NCBI GenBank assembly: GCA_951406725.2
Contig: OX597815.1
Coordinates: 2,356,001-2,420,000 of the forward strand
Source: Octopus vulgaris
Taxonomy: Eukaryota
Length of the DNA stretch: 64,000 bases
Direction: 5' to 3'
The position numbers and the translations under genes are program-made. Under the pieces are notes generated by a model that did not search any database, was not told the origin of the DNA, and saw nothing but the letters and a program-made list of their open reading frames with translations. The first letter of the stretch is position 1; every line of letters begins with the position of its first letter. Positions 51,748 through 64,000 of this stretch are shown here, piece after piece.

Positions 51748-54700
51748 CATTCATATATACGGCGGGCTTCTTTCAGTTTCCGTCTACCAAATCCACTCAG
51801 AAGGCTTTGGTCGGCCCGTGGCTATAGTAGAAGACACTTGTCCAAGGTGCCACGCAGTGGGACTGAACCCGGAACCATGTGGCTGGTAAACAAGCTACTT
51901 ACCACACAGCCACTCCTGCGCCTATATAACATGAATTTTTAGACATCGAATGGTCAAGGGGATCTCCCTCCACCACCACCACACTCCCACTCTGTATAAA
52001 ATAGGAATCAAAGGGGCCTGGAGGAATTAATGGGGGCCTGAATGGTAGAGAACCACTGGATCCAAATACATGCAATATAAGGGATTCTGTTTGGGACATC
52101 GAGAGACCAGGCTGAAGGTGGGGGTAGAGGTTGTTGAAACTTGGTGACAGGTTAGTTCTATCCGCTGAGAATTGGTGTCGTCCATGCTCCAGATTTCTAC
52201 AGAGTGTATCAACTGGATTCCACTCCCAAGACTTGAGTAAGTTATGACAGAAAACGTTGACTGTCATTAATCATCTCTTAATTACGACCGAGTTCTTGCA
52301 TCGCCATCGGATGATCGATGGTCGAAGAGGCGAGGGTGACTTGTAACTTAATACTGTGTGTGTGTGTGTGAGTGTGTGTATGTGTATGTGTGTATGTGTG
52401 TGTATGTTTGTGTATGTGTGTGTATCTGCGTGTGTATGTGTGTATGTATGTGTGTGCGTATGTGTGTTTGTTTGTATGCATGTGTGAGTATCTGTGTGTG
52501 AGTATGTATGTATGTGTGTGTATGTTTGTGTATGTGTGTGTATCTGTGTGCGTATGTGTGTATGTATGTGTGTGCGTATGTGTGTTTGTATATATGTGTG
52601 AGTATCTGTGTGTGAGTATGTATGTATGTATGTGTGTGTATGTTTGTGTATGTGTGTGTATGCGTGTGTATGTGTGTTTGTGTACGGGTGTGTGAGTATG
52701 TGTGAGTATGTGTGTGTATGTTGTGTATGTGTGAATATGTGCGTGTGTATGTGCGTGTGAGTATGCGTATGTGTGAGTATGTGTGTGTGTGTGAATATGT
52801 GTGTATGTTAGTATGTGCGTATGTGTATGTGAGTATGTGTGTGTATGTGTGTATGTGAGTATGTATTTGTGTGTGTGTATGCTTGAGTGTCAATGTGAGG
52901 GTGTATGTGTGTGTGTGTGTGTGTATGCGTGTGTGTGAGAAGGTGTATGTCTGTGAGAGTGTGTGCATGTGCGTGCTCCACTTTCCTGGGTTACGATGTC
53001 TTATTTCATCGATCCCCTCTGCATTCTCCGCTAGGGCCAAATGAATAAAGCAATTGCGTCTGGACGTGTGCTCCTCCCGGGGTTCGACCATGATGATTGT
53101 TTGGGTGATTGTCTGGTCGGAGTGATGTTACCCCTATTTCCTCTCGGAAGGCAATCCTGCCGCTCAAGTCCCCGGGCAAAGCCGGACAGGGTTACTGTCT
53201 GCGGATAAAAGGGGTCATCGCACACACGTGTCCCTCATTCAATTTTCTATGCAGCGAAAGGATTGAGAGTCGTTTATGGCCGAGGAAATTTGCATAATTT
53301 AAACAAAATTGAACAAAGGGAAATAACTCGAAGTGGCCAGTGTCATATATTTGAAATACGCACACAAATACTATACAAAAGATTGTTGAACTTTGGTAGA
53401 CAAAGACGAGGTAAAGGCCATCGTTATTTCTTATCTTTTACTTGTTTCACTCATTTAGACTGCGGCCATGCTGGGGCACCGCCTCGAAGAAGTTTTAGTC
53501 GAATGAACCGACTCCTGCACTCAACCTTTTTTTAAAAGCTGCTACTTATTCTATTGGTTTCTTTTGCTGAACCGCTAAGTTACACACCAAGAGCGGTTGT
53601 CAAGTCGTGTTGGGAGATATACAGACATACAGACACAAAGACACACACAAAGACGCACGCACGCGCACGCACGTACACACACACACACACACACACACAT
53701 GAAGGGTTTCTCTGAGTTTCCGTCCACCAAATCCACTTACAAGGCTTTGGTCGGCTCAAGGCTATAGTGGAAGATACTTGCACAAGTTGCCACGCAATGG
53801 GACTGAACCCAGAAGCATGTAGTTGAGAATCAAACATCTTACCACACAGCCACCCAGCCAGGGAAATGGCTTCTCGGTTTCACCCAGTTTAAGATTTCCA
53901 CCCTGCTGGCGATTGTAAACCTTTACGGGAGTCTACTCTGTTGTAAACATTCTTATTTGGTCACTTGCCTGTGACTAACTTCCTCGATTCGTGACCTCAC
54001 GCTCAAAGTATGAAAGACCTTTTTCTGCCTCGATAAGTGTCATCAGCACAGCAAAAGGCTTTACACCTTATCTTTCTTATTTAAATAAGTCAAAATAAAA
54101 ACATTAAAATAATGATCAGCGATTCTTTTCTAGAAAGCTTTATCGCTACTAGTAAAAGTGCGTAGCTTAGTGATTCGGGTATTCGGCCCATGATCGTGAG
54201 GTCATGAGTACGATTCCGAGGAACATGTTGTGCCCTTGAGCAAAATACTTTGTTTCACGTTGCTCCAGTCAACTCAACCGGCAAAATGTGTTGTACTTGT
54301 GTTTCAAAGGGCCAACCCTGTCACATTCTATGTCACATCGAATCTCTCTGAGATCTACATTAAGGGTACGGGTGCCTGTGGAGTTCTCAGTCATTTGCAC
54401 GTAAAATTTTACGAGCAGGCTGTTGTTCCGTTGATCAGGTCAACTGGTAGACTCGTCGTCGTAACAGTCGGAGATCCAATTTGATATAGCAAATATGTAA
54501 CTGGATGTTTATAATAGTGATACACAATCTATTTGATGAGTGAACATTAATTATCGTCTCGTGATGACGTATGGCGGGCTTAATAACATATCATAGCAGC
54601 TTTGGTTCATCTCATTCGCCATATTCAAACTTGACAGCCGTTTGTTGCTCTGTTTATTTTGATTTTCATTCAATGATTGATGTTTCTTATTATCTACGTG

Positions 54701-55013
54701 CACACACACACACAAACACACACACACACACAAACACACACCCGCGCGCGCACACACACACACACACACACGCACAAATGAGATGGAAATGAAACTAAGA
54801 GAAAAACCCTCGGCATGTCCTGTGGCGTAAATTTGGACAACAAAGACAAAAAAGGATTTTCATAACATACAAGACTTCTAGAGAAGGTAGAACAATTGAT
54901 TGATGGCAGCTGGGACCAATTCCAAATGGAAAAAAGGGAGATAATTTCAAGAATCAAGATTTCTCTAAAACTGACATTAAGGAAAAGACAGTCCCTTCAT
55001 CTGAAGGGACAGA

Positions 55014-55272
55014 CTGCTTTCATGTTTTCTTATTTCTTTATTGCCCACAAGGGGCTAAACATAGAGGGGACAAACAAGGACAGCGGGATTAAGTCGATTA
55101 CATCGACCCCAGTGCGTAACTGGTACTTATTTAATCGACCCCGAAAGGATGAAAGCAAAGTCGACCTGGGCGGAATTTGAACTCAGAGTGTAAAGACAGA
55201 TGAAATACTGCTAAGCATTTCGCCCGGCGTGCTAACGTTTCTGCCAGCTCGTCGATTGCTTTCATGTTTTCT
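55014..55272 (-). mobile_element. SINE family B with TSD TGCTTTCATGTTTTCT
   Basis: Duplicated flanks at about 55015-55030 and 55257-55272. Confidence 0.85.
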
Positions 55273-55624
55273 ACCTCAATAAGCGTCATCAGCTCAGCGA
55301 TAGTCCGACTTTAACCAGATAAGATCCTTGTATATAAATAAAGAAAGAGCAGAACACATTTGTGATCTCAAAAATTTGCCTCACATATGTATACATGTAT
55401 TGGCTCTCATAGATGCAATGAAATGGAAAGCGTCAACTTGAAGTCGCCGTTTTTGCGCGTGTTGTTCACAAAACTATTTTAAACAGGACTTAAGGAGAGG
55501 CATTTCCTTAAAACTTTCACTTCATATACTTCATTATTATTCAGACAGTATATATAGATAGTATTATTAAAATACCATCACAAGTGGTAAGCGAATTATT
55601 AGCTGTACAGGCGAAGTAATAAAA

Positions 55625-55982
55625 TATATACATACAATATTAGATATGTACATATATGCATAAGAGTACTACATGAGTACCATTATCGGTTTCGAAATTT
55701 AGCGCCACCTAGACGCGTGATTTCTCATCATCCAAAGTCCACCAGCGTCTAGGTGGCGCTAAATTTCGAAACCGGTACCGAGTTGACCGGCATTTGCTTG
55801 TTCTGACCCATTTGAGGTAAGACATTATTATTGTTCACTGATATTTATTCCTATCTTGTCTGTAATAGATTTGTGACTTTTCGGTGGTACAGAAGTATTT
55901 TTTGACTGCTATCATTGGCGATATAGGTACTCATGTAGTACCCTTATGTATATATGTACATATATAATATTGTATGTATATA
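55625..55982. repeat. Nested inverted-repeat element with a degenerate hammerhead core
   Basis: Outer arms 55625-55681 and 55926-55982; inner arms 55687-55716 and 55745-55774. Confidence 0.8.
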
Positions 55983-55986
55983 TATG

Positions 55987-56028
<42 letters not shown>

Positions 56029-56495
56029 GACAGTGCATATCTAAAAGTGATCGGAAACGAGGGACTCTGAGTCCTGGGAATTGAAGCTTTACACTAATAA
56101 TGCATTAAAGAATGCTCGGCATTTGTAAAGAGTCCTCTAAGTTATTGCTTCTGGTGAAACAACGGATTTATATATAGTTAGAGCGTCGAGCTTACGATCG
56201 TGAGGTTGTGAGTTCGATTCCTGGACTGGGCTGCGTGTTGTGTTCTTGAGCAAGACACTTTATTTCACGTTGCTCGAGTTCACTCAGCTGTAGAAATGAG
56301 TTGCGACGTCACAGGTGCCAAGCTGTATCGGCCCCTATGCCTTTCCCTTGGATAACATCAATGGTGTAGGGAGGGGAGGCCGGTATGCATGGGCGACTGC
56401 TGGCCTTCCACAAACAACCTTGCCCGGACTTGTGCCTCGGAGGGTAACTTTCTAGGTGCAATCCCATGGTCATTCATAACAGAAGGGGGTCTCTT

Positions 56496-56539
<44 letters not shown>

Positions 56540-56809
56540 TCGTGGCTAATAAACATTTAGGACAAAATAAAGACGACGAGGGTTCCAATTGATCCGATCA
56601 ACGGGACGGCCTGCTCGTGAAATTAATGACACGTATTTTGCTACAGGTGCCATTGTAAGACATGTTTTCATCGACCCCCTAGATACCCGTAACATTCCTC
56701 ATCAGATATAGGGGAAACAGTCAAATCATTCATGGAGATGTTACTGCCTGGTTTGCAGATTTCCTCCTTTTCACAACCATTTAACAACATTTATCCTGAC
56801 CAAACTCCA

Positions 56810-56955
56810 TTGTATGTATGTATGTATGTATGTATGTATGTATGTATGTATGTATGTATGTATGTGTGTATGTATGTATGTGTGTGTGTGTATGTATGTA
56901 TGTATGTACGTACGTACGTACGTATGTATGTATGTATGTATGTATGTATGTATGC

Positions 56956-56987
<32 letters not shown>

Positions 56988-57385
56988 TTGTATGTATGTA
57001 TGTATGTATGTATGTATGTATGCATGTATGTATGCATGTATGTATGTTTGTATGTATGTATGTATGTATGTATGTTATGTATGTATGTATGTATGTATGT
57101 ATGCTATGTATGTATGTATGTATGTATGTATGCATGTATGTATGCATGTATGTATGTATGTATGTATGTATGTTATGTATGTTATGTATGTATGTTATGT
57201 ATGTATGTATGTATGTATGTATGTATGTATGTTATGTATGTATGTATGTATGTTTGTATGTATGTATGTATGAATGTATGTATGTATGTATGTATGTATG
57301 TATGTATGTGTGTATGTATGCATTTATGTATGTATGTATGTATGTATTATGTATGTATGTATGTATATATGTATGTATGCGTGCG
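56810..57385. repeat. (TATG)n microsatellite
   Basis: Direct inspection. Confidence 0.98.
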
Positions 57386-58499
57386 TGTGTATAAAGTATA
57401 TGTATAGATATATTGATAAATATTGTACACACAGACACACACACATGCACAATAACACATACACACACAAAACTCGAGGAAAAGCGGTTCGGTACGTTTT
57501 TCATCAAATTCGTTGTCATCATCATAGACACCAGCAACAATAACACCACCGCCACCACCACTTCTTTCTCCTCCTCCTCCTCCTCCTCCTCCACCATGGA
57601 TATAATTATTGGTGCTAACATGATTTATCGCAGCCATGACGTCAGAGATTCCTGTTCGACTGTAGGATATTTAAATTCTTTAAGCGAAACAGTTGGGCTC
57701 CATTTGCACCGTGCCAGAGATTTCCTGTGAAGGGCGGTGGAATGTGAACGCGTTGTTTATTACTGGTACTAAGCTATCGAACGTAGACAGATATAAAACA
57801 ACAGCTCTTTGGTCGACAAGCACCCTAACCCTAACCCTAACCACTACCAACTCGCCACTACAACCACCAACAATAGCAACTACACCACCACCACTACCAC
57901 CAGCACCAGCACCAGCCGTTCAAGAATTTGGACCTGGAGATCTCCATTTCCAGCGACTTCGAGGGCCACCTCCCAGTGGCGTCGGGCGTCAACGAAGAAC
58001 CCTCGACTACAAGACGACCAAAGTTTTTTCCCAGGGTCTGGGGTCTCCCGCCCCTAAGCCCTAAACCAATACCTAATTACCCTTACCCGTCTTGTTGCTT
58101 AACAACAACAACAACAACAACAACAACATCAACAAGCACCACCACCACCAACAACAACAATGTTACTACCAATACTACCACTGCTAAAAGAGCAGAATGA
58201 ACAACATTGATACTTACTACTCCGACCTTTATCCGAGGGTGATTTTAATTAATGGATTACATTTTTAAAAGCTGTAACAGTGTGATTCATGCGATATTTG
58301 GCTGCTATTTCTAGCAGGTCGAGTGAATGCGTCACGTCCTGGCATTTTACGTTGGCTAATTGACCAGTGTAAAGTGCGTGTGTAAGAGAGAGAGATAATG
58401 AGAGAGAAAGAGAGCGAGAAAGTGAGAGGAGAGAGAGAGAAAGAAAGAAAGGGAGAGAGAGGACAGAAAGTGAGAGACAGAGGAGAGAGAAAGATGGAG

Positions 58500-58535
<36 letters not shown>

Positions 58536-58909
58536 TGAAGATAGGGAAAGCAAGAGAAAACTGGTCCATTCACTAAAGTATTCCTTGGTTAATGCAACTA
58601 GGATGGTCAAGGCTGGAACGCCTAGTTATTGGCTGGTACTTTATTTAATGGCCCCGAAGGGTTAAGAAGCTAAGTTGGCTGCAGTGGAATTCGAACCCAT
58701 GGCGCAAAGGGACGGAATCCCAGTTTGGCGTTCGATTTGTTGAATGAAGCGTGAGATTATCAAGTACGGAATTCTCTGCTCTTCTCAGTTCCGTATATGT
58801 CAAATAACATGACGGGATGGTCACAACTGGATGGTCGATCGGACGATAAAGTTTTGTCACTGCGTGGCGTGGTTATCACATCTTTGATATGTTTATATAA
58901 ATAAATATG

Positions 58910-59205
58910 GAGGCGCAATGGCCCAGTAGTTAGTGCAGCGGATTCGCGTTCGTGGGATCGCGGTTTCGATTCCCAGACCTGACGTTGTGTGTGTTTATTG
59001 AGCAAAAACACCTAAAAAGCTCCACGAGGCTCCGGCAGGGGGTGGTGATCCCTGCTGTACTCTTTCATCACTCACTCTTTCTTCTGTTCGCCTGCTCGCT
59101 TAGCCGGCGGGGTGGCGTCATTTGAAGGCTAAAACAATGCGAACGCATCGTGACCAGCGATATGTTGCAACATCTGATGGTCTGGTCGGTCACGTGATCA
59201 CGTGA
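58910..59205 (+). mobile_element. SINE family E
   Basis: GGAGGCGCAATGGCCCAGTAGTTAG...GGTTTCGATTCCC tRNA-like head. Confidence 0.8.
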
Positions 59206-62200
59206 TATAAATAAATACAAATGAAACGGTTGCAACCAAGAATCGAAACCTTGTCGCATGTGTCGGTATTTTATTTTCTATCAAAAATGAAGCAAAAACA
59301 AAAAGAAAACAAAACAAAACAGAAAACTGGTGCTACGTCAGTTGCGACGATGAGTGTTCCAGTAGTTCCAATCAACGGAACAGGCTGCTTGTGAAATTAA
59401 TGTGCATGTGGCTGAATGCTCCACGGCCATGTGTACCCTTAATGTACTTCCCAGGGAGATTCAGCAGGACATAGAATATAACAAGGTTGCCCCGACCTTT
59501 GAATTACAGATACATCTAATATTTGTGACCCAGAGTAACGCGACATAGGATGTCTCGCTCAAGGACACAACGCACCCTCTGGGCTCGAACTCACGACTTT
59601 ATGATCGTGAGCCGAATACTGTAACCACTACGCTATGTGCCTTCACAAAGTGAGACCTCGATAAGGGACAATGTTAGATGCAGGCATTTCTGGGTCCGCT
59701 TGGCTGGAAATAATCATCGTTGGGTTACGTTAATAATGATCTTACATAGTTTTAATGAATCCGCTTAATGAATATAAATGAAGTTAACTAGTTTTGTATG
59801 AGAGATACTATCTGATAATTACTTACTAATAACACATTGGAATTATAGCGGCTCTTATCGATTTTGCAGCCTTACTGACAGGAGAGGCAAGTCTTGTCTG
59901 AATTATTTACATAAAAAGAACTCATAGGAAAAAAAGAAACTCCCACACTCGTGTCGTTTTGCCAATCTATAGACACACATTAATAACCACACACGCACAC
60001 ACGCACACACACACGCGCACACATACATACACACGTACACACTGGGACATTTGCAAGTACAGACACACATAAATATATAGAAACGAAGATAGTTGTTAAC
60101 CCAGCAGGATATCTAAATGATAAGGTTACGTTCATTTCATCTGATGATATGTGATATATCCCTAATCAGAAATAATTAAGAAGCCTTATAGGATATCTAA
60201 TATGATATAACGATATATTCGCATGAGAGGGGAAAGGTCGTGTTTGTGCTATAACATGTTATATAAATGTAATGCGGCCAACCAGCAGAATGCTCAGCAG
60301 GCCGGAAAAAAATGTTTAGCGGTATTTCGTTCTCAGTTCAAATCCCGCTAAGGTGGGCTTTCCTTTTTATCCTTTCGCGGTCAATGAAATAAGTATCAGC
60401 TGAGTATTGAGGGTCCTTGTGATCGATCTGTCTCCTCTCACGAACTTTCAAGTCTTGTGTCAAAACCTGGAAGCAATGTTATATAAATATGCCTGTGAGT
60501 TCGGAAACGAAACGAAAAAGCCTGTGATGCCGTAAATATAGAAGAAACGAAAAGAATCTAAAGATCACGTTATAGATATTTCATCACTTAATATTTCAAT
60601 GGTTGTAGGGCGCATTTCGCCCGGTGTGCCACATCGCCGGCGTGCCCCATCGCCGGCGGGCCCCATCGCCGGCGTTCCACATCGCCGGCATGCCACACCG
60701 GCACCTTACACTGAACATAGGACTTCGATATCAAAGCGATCTTTTATCCTTTCTTTTGTCTCAGTTTTTAGACTGCGGTCATTCTAGGGCATCGCCTTCA
60801 AGACATTTTAGTGGAATGAATTAATTCCAGTCTGATACATATTGTATCGATCTCCTTTGCAGAACCGCAAACTTACTGAGATGTAAACACACCAACACCG
60901 GTTATAAAATAGTCTCGGGGACTACACACACACACACACACAAAACGCATAAACAGAGAGCCTGAAAAATTACTTTAAGATACATGGCGTATTTTATAGA
61001 CATGCCTGTTCAAGTATCATAAAAGCATGAAACTATTAGCAGCTCTTTCAGTTGTGGATTTAATTTGATATACATATATATAATTAAATTAATAATTATA
61101 TATGTATATAATTTTATTAAGGGAGCAAGGGCGAAAAACGACCCACGTGAAGTTTTATTTGGGAGATTTTCGGTAGTATCCGAGTGCCTCGGAATATTCA
61201 AGTATAGCAGATAGGTCTTATTTCGCCCTTGCCCGAAATAGTCGTTACTTCTGGAACTTGACTGATGAAAGAAAGCCAATAATAACCCGTCTTTTTTTCG
61301 GCTGTCCAAATTGTTGTTTCTCTTGTCCGCCTTTGTATCGTCTGTCTGTCCGAATGTTTTAATGCCCTCTATTCCGTTTATACATACATACATACATACA
61401 TACATACATACATACATACATACATACACACACGCACACACATGTACACACACATGCATACACGCATACATACGCACACGCATCACACACATACATGTAA
61501 TGCGTGTTTGTATCTGTGCATCTTCATCTGCAATTCTTCACAACCGGTACTGGCTCCTGTCCCTCCCTGCAACGTAGCGGTTCGCTTAACGAACCGATAG
61601 AGTGAGCGCCAAATTTAAAAATAAATGCTGAGGGTCTAAATTTTCGAGTAAAACTCCTCTTTAAGGCGGTGCCCCAGTATGGCCGCAGTCCAATGATTGA
61701 AGCGAGTAAAAGATAAAAGACGGCGCTTTTTGCACCGCCACATATTCTCTTTTACTCTTTTACTTGTTTCAGTCATTTGACTGCGGCCATGCTGGAGCAC
61801 CGCCTTTTTTAGTCGAGCAAATCGACCCCGGGACTTATTCTTTTTGTAAGCCCAGTACTTATTCTATCGGTCTCTTTTGCCGAACCGCTAAGTGACAGTG
61901 ACGTAAACACACCAGCATCGGTTGTCAAGCAATGCTAGGGGGACAAACACAGACACACAAACACACACACATACATATATACATATATATATATATACAC
62001 ATATACGACAGGCTTCTTTCAGTTTCCGTCTACCAAATCCACTCACAAGGCTTCGGTCGGCCCGGGGCTATAGCAGAAGACATTTGTCCAAGATGCCACG
62101 CAGTGGGCCTGAACCCGGAACCATGTGGTTGGTTTACTTATCACACAGCCACTCCTGCGCTTATATTATTCACGTTACTTATCGCCCGAAATTCCAGATT

Positions 62201-62439
62201 GAAATATTTTTTATTTAGAGTTTTTACTTTTTAGTAAATTGTTTTCTTACCTGGCGTTATTCCAGGTAATACCTTAACCTTTCATCAAGCGGATATTTTA
62301 TTTTATGTTATTTTAGCGACCGAATGAAAATATTTGCAGTTTACATTTCTTTAATAACAAAAAAAAAAAAAAAACACAGAGAGAACTTAAAATATTCGCC
62401 ACATTGATTGAGTAAATAAGATTAAAAAAAAACACATAA

Positions 62440-62812
62440 ATAAATAAATAAAAGGAATGAAAGGAAGAAAGAAAGAAAGAAAGAATAGGAAGAAAAGAAA
62501 AGAAAGAAAGAAAGAAAGAATAGGAAGAAAAGAAAAGAAAGAAAAGAAAGAAAATAAATAAATAAATAAATAAATAAAAAGAATGAAAGGAAGACTGAAA
62601 GAAAGGAAAGAAGAAAAGAAAAGAAAGAAAATAAATAAATGAATAAATAAAAGAAAGTAAAGAAAGAAAAGAAACAGAAAATAAATAAAGAAAAGAAAGG
62701 AAAGAAAGAAAGAAAGCAAAGAAAGTAAAGAAATGAAAGAAAGAAATGAAAGAAAGAAAAAAGAAAGACATAAATAAAAGAAAAAAAGAAAGAAAGAGAG
62801 GAAAAGAAAGGC
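62440..62812. repeat. GA/AAAG-rich low-complexity tract
   Basis: Direct inspection; a similar tract lies at 32080-32560. Confidence 0.9.
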
Positions 62813-62954
62813 GTAGGTAAATGTCGATGAATTCGTGTTAAATTTTATCGTTGACTTTTTATTTATTTGTGTCATTAGTTTGAGGCCATGCTGGAGCAGC
62901 GCCTTGAACAATGTTGCCGAACTGCTAAGTTACGGAGAGGTAAACACAGAATAA

Positions 62955-63023
<69 letters not shown>

Positions 63024-63336
63024 CATACATACACGCATATATATTTACGCACCTTTGGACACGCACACACACGTATTAAAACATACAAAAAAAATATTTA
63101 AAAAAAATATTTTATCTAGTTTCAGCTCACGAGCTGTGGTCATGCTGGGGCACCGCCATATATGGATAAAACAAAAAATAGATATTTTAAAACCAACGAT
63201 TTTTTTTCTCTGTGGCAAAACAAAAGTCAAAGCAAGTTTAAGATGATTGCAACATTACTACGAAAACCAGAAATTAAATTTTAAAATGAGTTCGAAGCCA
63301 ACGTTTTTACCCGTATCGTTCATAATGTTATAATAC

Positions 63337-63401
<65 letters not shown>

Positions 63402-63654
63402 CATATGGTATTTATGTGTATGTCCATATATGTATGTAAATGTCATCTTTCTGTTATTGGCAAGCTTCTAGTGCCAATTATTAAATTTATTAAATTAATA
63501 AATTTACTCTGCCAAAATTGTTGGGAGATTTTTGGTTCTTACAATTATCGCTAATCCAATTCCGTCGCTTGTTATGTGTCTAAGACAATTGATCCATGCG
63601 AGATGAAACCATTAAAGGAAGAGAATATGGAAATGAGGATAATAATAAAAACAA

Positions 63655-63856
63655 TCCTTTCTACGATAGGTACAACGCCTAAAATTTGGAGGAGGGGGTT
63701 AGTCGGTTACATTGACCCAAGTATTTAACTGGTACTTAATTTATCAACACCAAAAGGATGAAAGCAAAGTCGACCTCGGCGGAATTTGAACTCAGAATGT
63801 AAAGACGGGCGGAATACCGCTAAGCATTTCGTCCAGCTTGTTAACGATTCTACCAG

Positions 63857-63860
<4 letters not shown>
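63655..63860 (-). mobile_element. SINE family B variant followed by a (TAA)n/(GGTGAT)n tract
   Basis: GTCGACCTCGGCGGAATTTGAACTCAG core. Confidence 0.8.
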
Positions 63861-63909
<49 letters not shown>

Positions 63910-64000
63910 TGATAATGGTAATGGTGATGGTGATGGTGATGGTGATGGTGATGGTGATGGTGATGGTGATGATGATGATGGTGGTGGTGGTGGTGGTGGT

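Noticed and set aside
51935-53300. Possible L1/Tx1 ORF2 3' fragment split by a TG tract
   Set aside because: Only a vague Cys/His-like remnant, too weak to call without a search.

Overview
Eukaryotic, AT-rich, microsatellite-saturated non-coding DNA. The repeat families look like those of an octopus or other coleoid cephalopod (inference). I found no convincing host exon. Nearly all long ORFs in the track are translations of simple repeats. Real coding relics: an intact 416-aa Gag/ORF1-like gene (RRM-like region plus CCHC knuckle) inside a 2.2-kb RT-less retroelement that sits in a tRNA-SINE with a 17-bp TSD; Penelope-like RT/GIY-YIG fragments; two CR1-clade LINE 3' ends; mariner and maT-like transposase remnants; several Helitron-like non-autonomous elements; and many tRNA-derived SINEs. 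Two signals stand out from manual reading. (1) A decayed, frameshifted minus-strand segment at about 46.6-49.1 kb whose hand translation gives the ordered motifs of a Mononegavirales (paramyxo-like) L polymerase, a candidate endogenous negative-strand RNA virus element. (2) About a dozen short (TA)n-anchored elements carrying type I hammerhead ribozyme cores, often folded into long inverted repeats, next to a Penelope-like element that could mobilise them. All motif comparisons were made by eye and need database confirmation. Coordinates of decayed elements are approximate.
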